A DNA stretch of 64,000 nt. Origin: Vitrella brassicaformis CCMP3155 (taxonomy: Eukaryota; Protista; Chromerida). Below are positions 40,224 through 50,276 of the stretch, piece by piece; within the stretch, counting starts at the first letter, position 1; every line of letters begins with the position of its first letter. The DNA is taken from the NCBI GenBank assembly GCA_001179505.1, contig CDMY01000219.1:1-64000 (forward strand), written 5' to 3'. The notes beneath the pieces were generated by a model that was not told the origin of the DNA, ran no database searches, and worked only from the letters and a program-made list of their open reading frames with translations. Both the position numbers and the translations under genes were made by a program.

Positions 40224-41207
40224 ACCGATATGACCAATCGAGTGCATATTGGTAGGTGTGTGTAGATATATACGTATCGGGGAGGGAGAGAGAAGAGAGC
40301 CCTTCCTCGTGTTGTATGGGCGACGTCCTGACACGGTTTGCCATTCTCGTTGCATGACGCGCCGGAGCAACCAGTGCAGGGCAGGCGGACTATGTCAAGA
40401 TGAGGAGTGTGTGTGTGCTTGTAACAGACAGACCGCTGGGCAGTGCCGCCTCTCTCTGTGAGGGATGAGGATTGGAATATGATTGGACAAACATTAACAA
40501 ACAAACCAGGGTCCATCCATCCATCCGTCCACCATATAGGTAGGCATACACACATGCACTTGACACGACAGCAAGGCATGCACATGGACAGAACGGCCGA
40601 CAGACAGACAACGCACAGACGCCATGCACAACACTCTCTCTCTCTCTCTCTCTCACGGAGCACTCCTTCTTGCGTCGCTTAACGAGCGTCCGCCCAACCA
40701 CCACACATCCTACACACCGCGCCACATGCCGTCTGTCTGTCTGTCTGTGTGTCTTTCTGCCCCCCAATGATGGGGGCCCCTGACATGACAGGGACGCAGC
40801 GAAGAGCACAGGGCGGGCAGCCACAGGCAGACAGACAGAAGGGCACAGACAGACGGACGGGTATCTGTACACTAGAGAAACACACGACGGGTATCTTGTC
40901 CACCACTGAACAGAAACACTGCAGGCAGCGAGAAAGAAGAAACAGACGTGCGTGCCTGAAGCACGTACGAACGGTGTACGAATGGCTGGCTGGCTGGCTG
41001 GCTGATGGGCTGGTAAGCCCACTCACGACACCAGCGCACCACCACACCACACACACAGCATCCGTCCATCCGTCCATCCATCAGTGGCAGCCGAATGCCA
41101 CCAACCCACCGACCGGCTTACAACACACACACCACACACCCATCCCACTGCCAGACAAACGGTGCTTGCTACCCATCCATCCATCCATCCCTCCCTCCGT
41201 CTATGGT

Positions 41208-42818
41208 CTACTTTTTGGCTTTGCCGACGACGCCGCCCCTGATCTCCTCTGCGAGCGCCCCCAGCGAGCCGGGATTGTGCGGGATGAAGATCGTCTGGTG
41301 GCCCGACTGGGCCCCCAGATCCTGACCACACACACACATACACACACACACATACACATACACATGGATGACGCACACCAACACACAGTGGCGATGTGTG
41401 CTGTGTGGTGGTTGCCGGCCGACGCACGTACCTTGAGTGTGTCGAAGTATTGTGTGATGAGAACGAGGTCGAGGACGTCCTTGGCGCCCATGCCGCTGAT
41501 GTTCTTGGAGAAGTCGTGCACACTCTCGCGGAGACCGTCGACGATCGCCTTGCGCTGCCGAGCGATACCCTCACCCTGCCAACACAACACACGGAAGGAC
41601 ACAGGCACACGCGTGTGTGGGGCTGTGTGTGGGTATGTGGTGGCCCAACTACCTGCAGGTACTTGGACTCGGCTTCCGCCTCAGCCTTCTTGACAATTAA
41701 CACCTTGTCAGCCTCTGAGCGATGGGGGGATCGATATGCATGGTGAGAACACACACACGGCCAACACACACTCACACCAACCACCCTCCCTCCCTCACTG
41801 CCTGACTGACGGACTTACCGGCCTTCTCCTGGGTGGCTACCCGCTGTCGCTTGCTGGCATTGATCTCGTTCATGGCGTCACGCACACGGCGGTCGGGCGA
41901 CACATCCGTCACCAACGTCTTGATGATCGTCCAACCAAACTCATCCTACCAGGGCAACGAACGCCACACGCACATCCGTCCATCCATCCACCTTATGCCC
42001 TACACACGTAGGAATGGCTGGATGGGGGGATGGGTAGATACCTACCATGGACTTGCGGAGTTCCTCCTTAACGGCGGTGGCGATTTCCTCCTTGCTCTCA
42101 AAGACCTCGTCGAGGTTCTGACGGGGGACCGTGGCGCGCACCACGTCGAAGACGTAGCTGTTGATCTGGCGGCCGGCGTCCTGCAGGCGGTAGTGGGCCT
42201 CGAACACCTTGTCCAGCTGAACCATGAACTGAACCGACACAGTTATCTGGATGGATAACACACACCACAACACGGTCACGGCAGGTACCGACAAGTGAGT
42301 GAGGCGTGACGTCTCGGAGTGTGTGTTGTGTTGTGTGTTGGTGCGTACATCTACGAAGACGTTGTCCTTGGTTTTGGTGTTGACTGCGACGTCGAGCTGC
42401 TGCACGCGGCTCGACACCTCCCCCGCCTTGTACATGACGCCTGTCCACACACACACAGACACAGAAACAAACACATGCAGGCAGGCAGGCAGGCGGGCGG
42501 CAGGGAAGTCCATCGTGTGTGCGTTGGTTGATGCACAGATCTCTGCCGTCCTTTGTGTGTTCTCTGTCGCATATATACGGACATGGGAGGGGCAGGCACA
42601 GAAACCCCGGTTGGGCGACATTGGTGAACTTGCCGCAGGTCTCGATGATGTACAGCTTGTCCTGCACGCACACACACATACACACGCAGCAGACGGGATG
42701 GATCACAACGAACGAGGCCTGCCCTCCTGCTGCGCTGCCGCCTCTCTCCCCCCTGCCATCCCATACATCTCATGCCAGCAGCAGTCCTTACATTGGGCAC
42801 CGAGTGGCAGAAACCCAT
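41208..42818 (-). CDS. Band 7/SPFH domain protein, hypersensitive-induced-response (HIR)-like
   Basis: MGFC N-terminus (possible acylation); [106 protein letters not shown]. Stop at 41208-41210. Confidence 0.92.
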
Positions 42819-42985
42819 CTTGGCGTCTTTCTCTGCGGTCCTACACACCAGCCCTTCACTCCAAACCACACCGCTTCCCAACCTCTTTCTGCGCGCTCGG
42901 CTTAGAGATCGGCGTCCGTCCGACCTGTCTGCCATTCCCTTGTGCTCGTGAAGGCTTATTCATCGCCGAGGACCACCGTGGAGCG

Positions 42986-44149
42986 ATGGACACGTCAGAT
43001 CCATCGTCGTTTTCGTCAGCCGGCGAAGCAGCCATGCCCTGCGAGGACGCCTCGTCGTCGACAGATCAGCTGCATCAGCAGCATCAGCAGCATCAGCAGC
43101 AGCAGGAGGAGGATCTGATCAACGTAGAAGGGATGGAGATCCACTCGCTGCCGCCACGAGGGAGGCGGCAGCGGCACAAGCCCGAGGACGGGGTGGGCGC
43201 TGCCTCATCGTCGGCTGATGCGGGGCCCGATGGCGACGCCGCGATGAAGCTGGGTGAAGGGGACAAGGCCGAGGAGGAGGAGGGACGCAAGTCGAGCAGA
43301 CGATTCGAATGTATGGCACACGCAGGGAGGGACGGGTGGGATGGCTGGGCTCATGCATTTTGTGCGCCTGGTGGATGGTGGGTGGTGTGTGGTGTGTGTG
43401 TAGATCTGGACCACACTGCAGACGTCATTCTTCATGCCTGTGAGGGAGAGAAGAACACCTGAAGGCTTGTCGGACCTTGCTCATTCGTCGCTCTCTCTCT
43501 TGTGTGTGTGCTCTGTGTGCGTGCTGTGTGCAGGGGGTGATCGTCTGAAGGATGCGCTGGAGCAGTTGGCTGAGGCAATGTTCAACTACATGACCGACAT
43601 CGAAAAGGTCCTCCCGGACGGCACGCGCGAAATCGAGGCGCAAGGCAAGCAAATGGATGGATGGATGGATGGCTCGCTCTTATCCATTGCATCATCTCTG
43701 TGTGTGTTTGTGTTTGTGTGTGTGATACCTGCCATCCTCCCTCCTCTCTCATCCATCCATCCGCCTGTGCATCTGTGTATCTGTGTGTCGGTCAGGTCGC
43801 GACTTGCCTGATCTGGTGTTCCACTTCTTGGACGAGTGTCTGTTCCTCTACGGGTCTGAGTACTTCATCTGCTCCGTCGTGGAGATACTGCACATCGACG
43901 TCACGACTGCACCACTCACCATACGAGCCAGAGGGTGGGGGCAACACACACGCACACACACACACAGAGATACGTGTGGACGGAATGAGTGTGTGATGTC
44001 TGTTGTGTGTCGGTGGTGTCAGGTATGGCGAGAAGTTTGACCGAGTGCGCCACACACAGGGCACCGAGATCAAGGCCATCACGATGCACGAGATAAAGAT
44101 CACAGAGAGCTGCTGCGGAGCTGACGTCTACGTCCTCGTCGACATATAG
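42986..44149 (+). CDS. ARCH: Archease (RtcB tRNA-ligase cofactor) with low-complexity N-terminal extension
   Basis: FE/YLDHTADVILHAWG, EQLAEAMFNYMTD, DLVFHFLDECLFLY, GEKFD...QGTEIKAITMH, and terminal VYVLVDI*. Stop at 44147-44149. Confidence 0.93.
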
Positions 44150-44856
44150 TAATAATGATAAGAATGAGACAAGTGACGCGACGGACGTCGATCAGGCAGG
44201 CAGGCAGGAAGCCTTAGAAGGATGCGGTCTTTTTCGATTGTGGTTGAGTAGCTCTGTCAGACTGTGTTTGTCGAGTGACGCACACGGCTTAACTTATCTG
44301 TCAGATAAGTGATAAGATGATGCAGTACAAGAGATATGGATGGATGGACCGACAGTCTTTGTGATTAACGAGCACACGCAACCGTCCTATATGCAGCGAT
44401 AGTAAAGTCGTCAACCCCGCCACGTCAGTGCCGCCCATCGTCATGGGCTACCCCGTCCACCATCAGGACGACCACCATGAGGACAGAGACCCCTTCCACG
44501 CGATGGATGGATAGACGGAGAGCGATTCGTCATTTTTCGGCGATGCGCGGCAGATAGCCAGACAGTACTAGTAACTGCTGTGGTTGCAGGTGGCGTGCAG
44601 ACGGATGTGGGACGCTGAGTCTTTGGGCGCCTACCTGTTTGAGCGCGGCACCTGGCCTGTCTGCGATGACAATTGTCCATATGGTGAGGCCGGCTGCCCG
44701 ACTTGTTTGGTCCGCTCGTTCAACGAAAACGTGTGGGAGGTCTGTCTGTCATGCACTCACTGACCCCGACTCCCTGAGTTTGTCTGTCTGTGTGATCCTT
44801 CCTTGATCGATCCTCCTTTGGCACACAGTCTTTCCACTCACTCACTCAGTCGTCGG

Positions 44857-45916
44857 CTAGTGGGCGTGCACGAGGCTAGGCGTGTACTCTTTCTCTTCCT
44901 GGAGCCTCATGTCTTTCTCTTCCTGGAGCCTCATGCCTTTCTCTTTCTGGAGCCTCATGTCTTTCTCTTTCTGGAGCCTCATGTCTCTCCATTCTGGAGC
45001 CTCATGTCTGCCTCACGGGCAGCCTCTGCATAGCAGACAGAAGACACACATCCGTGCATGTGTGTAAGTACCCATCATCAAGTAGGTTAAAATGCAAATG
45101 GCGGGGGGGGGGTTCGGCAGGTATTCTTCTGTCTGTCTGTCTGTCTGTCTGTCTCAGAGTCTGACTCACCTCTGTTCGAAATCCAGCTCGGATTTCCAGG
45201 GAAAAATTTGGCGGTCGTCGCGATGCCCCACGTCTCAATTGACATGAGGTGACCGGCCTTGAACACGCGGCCCTCAAGGGGATCCTCCCCAGAGGTCCTC
45301 TCGACGAACTTCTGTCTCACACGAGACAAGGCAAGGACACGCACAGGATGGGACATGTAGTTGTTGCAAACACATCTGAGTCGCAGTGACTTGCTCCTTC
45401 TCACCACGTCCTTGGCGGCCATGCACCAGGTCTCCAGACCGAGCGAGCCGACAGACATCAGATGAGTTGCAGTGTTTGGCCACGTCCTCTGTCTCCTCGC
45501 ATGTCCCCACTCCCTGGTCATTCTGGTGTAGTGCCATCAGGAAATTGGCCATCCGTATCTGTCGTCCGGAGAGACAGCAGAAGGGCAGATATGAAACGCT
45601 CCCGCATCTATCGATTCCTAGCTCACCTCCTTGACGACACAGGTCTGTCTGTAGTATGTGCACCTCTTCGACATCTGGTCCCCGTAGACGCTTGCCTGTG
45701 GGTAGACGACACAGAAGGGTCGTAAGGCCATCTTGTGAGACGTCTCACCATGTCTGTAGTTTCTTTGCCGTTGGTGCAGTGTTGGGTGTGGTAGGCTATC
45801 ATGTCGACTTCGCACGGCTCAGGCTGGCCAGTCCGGAGGCTCTTGCAAGTGGCCAGGCCGACGCAGGAGGCGAGCACCAGGGCCTTAAGCAGAAGGGCCG
45901 GCACGACGGATGCCAT
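44857..45916 (-). pseudogene. Secreted Cys-rich protein, paralog B; intact signal peptide, later frameshift(s)
   Basis: MASVVPALLLKALVLASCVGLATCKSLRTGQPEPCEVDMIAYHTQHCTNG, ASVYGDQMSKRCTYYRQTCVVKE and GVGTCEETEDVAKHCN. There is a 5-nt length difference from paralog A before LETWC, and a 23-nt unit in the terminal 24-nt repeat breaks the frame. Confidence 0.55.
44888..45006. repeat. 24-bp minisatellite, 5 units (last 23 bp)
   Basis: Unit tctttctcttcctggagcctcatg starts at 44888, 44912, 44936, 44960 and 44984. Confidence 0.95.
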
Positions 45917-48393
45917 CTGCAATGACATGCCAAACAGAACAGAGCCATCCCATCTAATTGCCCACTGTAACGGCGTGGCAGTCAACCTCCGGCCGCCTCG
46001 TCTCGCTCACCGTCTCGAAAGCCGCAGGCAACTCAAATGGTGAAGGAACGCTTAGTCAGGGACACCCAGAGAGGCTTCCGGGACCGCAGAAATGAAGGCG
46101 GTGGGCTCTGCGGCGCTCTCTGGCCTGGTGCGAGGCGTTGTGTCACAAGGCCTCGTGGCAAAGCCCGCAGTCTATTTGCCCCCAGTGGCAGAGAGCCGTG
46201 GGCTGCAATGCTCAGACAGCGGAGACTCTGAGGGAAAAGGATTCGGAGAAGCCCTGGGGGGTGGTCTGCGGACAGGAGACGCCCCCGGCCAATTTACGAA
46301 ACCGAAACATTGGCGTGGTTTTTGCTTTGTGTTACTGATGGCTGGCAGCAGCCCGCTCCGTCGTCTGACCCCATCTCCCTTTCTCCCCTTCTCGGCTCAT
46401 CCTCCTCTTCCAGTGACGGCCATGACGGCGACATGAAGGACCCCGCGGCCATCGTGCTGCCGCCCATGAGCCTCGTGCAGCTGCGGCAGGTGCTCAAGGA
46501 CAAGCGCACCAAGCGGCTGCTCGCCAGCCGTCCCCCACCAAAGGCAAAGGCAGCATCCAAGAAACGCTCCCGGCCCGACAAGGCAACGCTGGTGGTGGTG
46601 TGTGTGATGGTGAGGGTGAGGGCACGGGAGCGGTGGGTTGGGGGGGAAGCAGCAGGGGCCCATCGCAATCAAAACCATCCAAATAGGTAGATGGGGCACA
46701 AAGCGTCACCTTAAGCCATGATGTCGCACATGGACGTCACCATTGCACACAGGAGGTGTTGGGTTGTGAGATTGTCGGATGTGGACGTGGGCCCACTCAT
46801 TAATAGGTGCACTCACCCATGGCAGCGACGGACAGTTCAGCGCACGCCCCCCCGTGGCTTGAAACTCAAAATAAATACACCAAAACTGGCCTAGAAGAAA
46901 CAAACTGAGGCTGCGAAACCTCCCGGTGGACATCGCCGATGCCCTGAGTTCCTGGCGACGCAGACACCGCAGTGTCTGTGTCTGTTGTTCTTGTCTGCCT
47001 GTCTGCGATGGGCGGTCAAGGCAGGCAGATGGCCGGCAGCCAGGCACAGCAGAGGGAACGAAGCTGGATGGGTACCCAGATGCTGCAGGCACGCATCCCC
47101 GCAACAGCATCGATGAGTCGATCAGTCGACCACTTAGTCAGTCAGACACTGAGCACTGACAGACAGCTTGGCAGAAAATGCCCGTCGATTTCGTTTAGCT
47201 TGGCAGCATCAAACCCAAGCAAGCAGAGTATGGGCTGGCAGACAGAATAGCTACGCCCCCGGTGCATCGTTGCGTGAGAGGGGACGCACACACACGTGTG
47301 CTATAGACAAGTACACATCATTACGTAATGAGACACGGCCCTTAGGCACGTAGAAAATTCGTTGCTGCTGCTTCCCCCCCAATGGGGGGAAGCGGATTGG
47401 GGGGGAAGCGGTTCATATCAGACTGTCGATGTCTGTGTGTCTGTTGTAGCAGTGGTGGTGAGAAGCATGAAGGGTGTGTTCATTTTGACTGAGCAGTCAT
47501 CTGTGTGTCTGCATGCTCGATGGATGAGCGATAGATGGCGCGTCCAATGAAGCACGTCAGCCGCCCAATGTGTGGACAGTCAGCGGGGCCCTCCGTCGAT
47601 ACGAGACACTAGGATGAAGCAGTGCGTCGTGCTTGAGCATTGACCGATCTCATCCCCATGTCCCCCCCTGTGTCTGTCTCTCCTTCCCATCACAAACAAA
47701 TATCACAATGAAGAAATCACACACACCTCCAGCCCCATCTGCTCTCAAAGCCCCCATGTGCCCTGACGGCTTTGCCTTCCTGGTGCGCACGCGTGTCACT
47801 CCGATGTCTCCCCAGGCACTGATTGACCCCCACCCCCCCGCCCCTGTCCCACACATCGATTGGCGTACAGTGACACCCCGTCACGAGCGCAGTTGGCCCG
47901 TCACTTGGTCGTCACATGTCACAAATACGCAATTCGCGAGTGAGGATATAGCCCGATTGCCCGAACAGATGCGCTTCCTGTGTCATGGATAAAGCAAGAC
48001 ACACAGACGAGACACACAAACAAAGACACACAGACGAGACTCCCCGCCCCTCTGCGGCACCCACCAACACAGACACACGCTTCCAGTTGTGATGAGCTAG
48101 CGATTGGCACACACAGAAACACACACACACACACACACACACACAAGACAGGCAACAAAGGAACAACAAAGTTACAGACAGAGAGCGTCGAAGCGAAAAG
48201 GCAGCGGATGCACCAAACATCCACAGACGGACGTCGGGAAACAAACAACAAGACAGAGGGCGAAGAAACAAATCGTGCGTTCACTGTGTGTCAAAGCAAC
48301 AATCACAACACATGTGGGAACCAACAAAGACACAGCATTCTTCACACACGTGAGGGCGCCAACACAGCGTGTGCCCTCCTTCCGGCAGTCCAC

Positions 48394-48816
48394 TCACGGC
48401 GCCATCAGCCCCTCACTTGGGCCCCTCTCCAGCCGAGCCACACGGCCAAGCAGGGCCTTGTTGGCCTCAGTGAGGCCCCGGATCTCGTCGCTCATGGCTT
48501 TCATGTTCTTCTCCATCGTCTGCACGAACGACATTTGGGTGAGGAGCAGCTGACTCAGGTCGATTGCCTTCTTGTCGCTCTGCCCCTCAGCAGCCTCGTC
48601 TCCACTCGTGGCTGCCATGCTGTCCCCCTCCCCCTCCTCGTCCTCGTCATCCCCCTTGTCTCCCTCGTCATCATCGAAGCTTCGCACCGCCGATGGAAAG
48701 AGTTTCTCCACCTCGTTCGGCACCAGAAGGAGCCTCTGGTCTCCGTCAGTGCGGACCTGCAGCTGCTTGAAGGCATCGTGGGCCGCCGAGCGATTGTGTT
48801 CCCCCCACTCAGCCAT
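48394..48816 (-). CDS. Small hypothetical protein with an acidic tract and C-terminal coiled coil
   Basis: 140-aa ORF with host-like codon usage, a DDDEGDKGDDEDEEGEG acidic run and the heptad-like MEKNMKAMSDEIRGLTEANKALLGRVARLE. Confidence 0.55.
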   Translation of the reverse strand: MAEWGEHNRSAAHDAFKQLQVRTDGDQRLLLVPNEVEKLFPSAVRSFDDDEGDKGDDEDEEGEGDSMAATSGDEAAEGQSDKKAIDLSQLLLTQMSFVQTMEKNMKAMSDEIRGLTEANKALLGRVARLERGPSEGLMAP

Positions 48817-48864
48817 GGCAACGGGCGGCGACTGGTCGGCAAGCTCGAAGCTGGAAGCAATCGC

Positions 48865-49760
48865 TCATCTCGTGATGGTTTGGCTGCCACAGCTGCACGT
48901 CTCCCCCGCAACGATTCTGGTTAATGATTGGATGGTGGAGCTTGCACGGATGGTCCTAACGCGCAGGAGTCTACCGACATTGATATCCCCGGAACGCATT
49001 CGGAATGTTCCCCCGTCGCCCACAAGCATTCCTGCGCAAAGCAAGGACAGATCGGGTGTGCAAGTATGGTGGTACCTTGAGGGCTTTCTGTCTGGTAGTC
49101 AGCTTACGATCGGCCACAACAAAGTTTTGAACAACGACACTGTTCGTCCTGGCGCTTCGGGGCACCTCCTCGGCCTGGAAGGAGTCGTCGCCGACAACGA
49201 TATTCCCGCCAGCTCTCATAACCGGAGCTCTCGAACCGGGCTCTGGCTCTCTAAGCTCTATTTCGCTCGCTGAAACGGAAGCAAAAGGCTTGCATCTTCC
49301 TTGGTGTTTTTCCATTAGCTTACTTATAATGCTATCGGTAGTAATTTTGTCCCTGACGCTCAATCTACCGCGGACGCGCAGGTTATCACCAACGAACGCA
49401 CTGTCCCTGACGTTCAGGTCATCGCCGACGAGCAGGTCTCTAGCGACACCTAGATCCCCGGATCCAACCCTACCGTCGAAAGTGCCCACCACCATACCTG
49501 CGGGAAGCAAGGATAGCAGAAGTGTGCAGGTGGGTGGCACTATAACGGCTCTCTGTGGCAGTCAGCGCTCACTCTCGGCGAAAATGTCCTTGCAGTCAGG
49601 GGTCGTTCCTTCGCGCACATCCGGCTCGCAGTCAGCGCCGGCGTGCGGGAGGGATCCGAGGGCGAGGCAAACAGCGACGATCAGGGAGAAACGCAGAGCG
49701 AACAGTTCGCTGTACGCCCAATTGGACTTGTGTAACGACTTGGACTTTTCCGGAAGGACT
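48865..49760 (-). CDS. Secreted/anchored protein with beta-strand (beta-solenoid/fibre-like) repeats; upstream exon not located
   Basis: Three consecutive phase-1 GT-AG introns join LFALRFSLIVAVCLALGSLPHAGA (signal-like), GDLGVARDLLVGDDLNVRDSAFVGDNLRVRGRLSVRDKI, GGNIVVGDD and MLVGDG..GDINVGRLLRV. Stop at 48865-48867. Confidence 0.65.
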
Positions 49761-50276
49761 CCGCCGCTGCACACACACAGACAGGTAAGTCAGCTCTAAA
49801 ATGCGACCGTGTGATTGTCTGTCTGTCAGGTCCGTCTTTCGTTCGCCTGCCGTCTGATGGGGTGCTTTGTTTGCGGCCAGCCGATGGGAAGGGTGGGTGT
49901 TTGTTATCGGCTGGACTAAGGATTTCGACAGAGGGGGTGGTTCTTCATGCTGCCAGCCCACTTATACTCTCATCCTTAGTCATTCCGAGTAAGGGGCACC
50001 CACTGCGTGGGCACCCCGGGCCGCAAATTGGGCGGGGATGGAAAGGACCGTGCGAAGTGGTGGTTCAATTCTGCACGACACGGACGCGGGCAGCACAAGT
50101 GTTCACGAGAAGTACACCGACGCATGGAACAACGGCGAGAGCGAGAGCTTCAAAAACATGCAAACACGAACGTCGAGAGAGCTTGAAAAACATGCAGATC
50201 TTGGAGCCGCAGTGGTGGATAACACGCAGGTACTCAGAGGGGCTGCACTGATTGTGCAGCTGTGTGAGCAGCCACG

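Larger units (their letters stand above)
44520..46707. repeat. Copy B of the inverted ~2.2 kb paralogous segment (partner 33661-35927)
   Basis: Reverse-complement similarity to copy A throughout. Similarity stops at ...gggcacaaagcgtc (46707) and gagcgattcgtc (44520). Confidence 0.9.

Noticed and set aside
46880-47990. Exon-like fragments (46926-47159; Pro-rich ORF 47708-47992)
   Set aside because: No recognisable domain, and no complete start-to-stop model could be supported.
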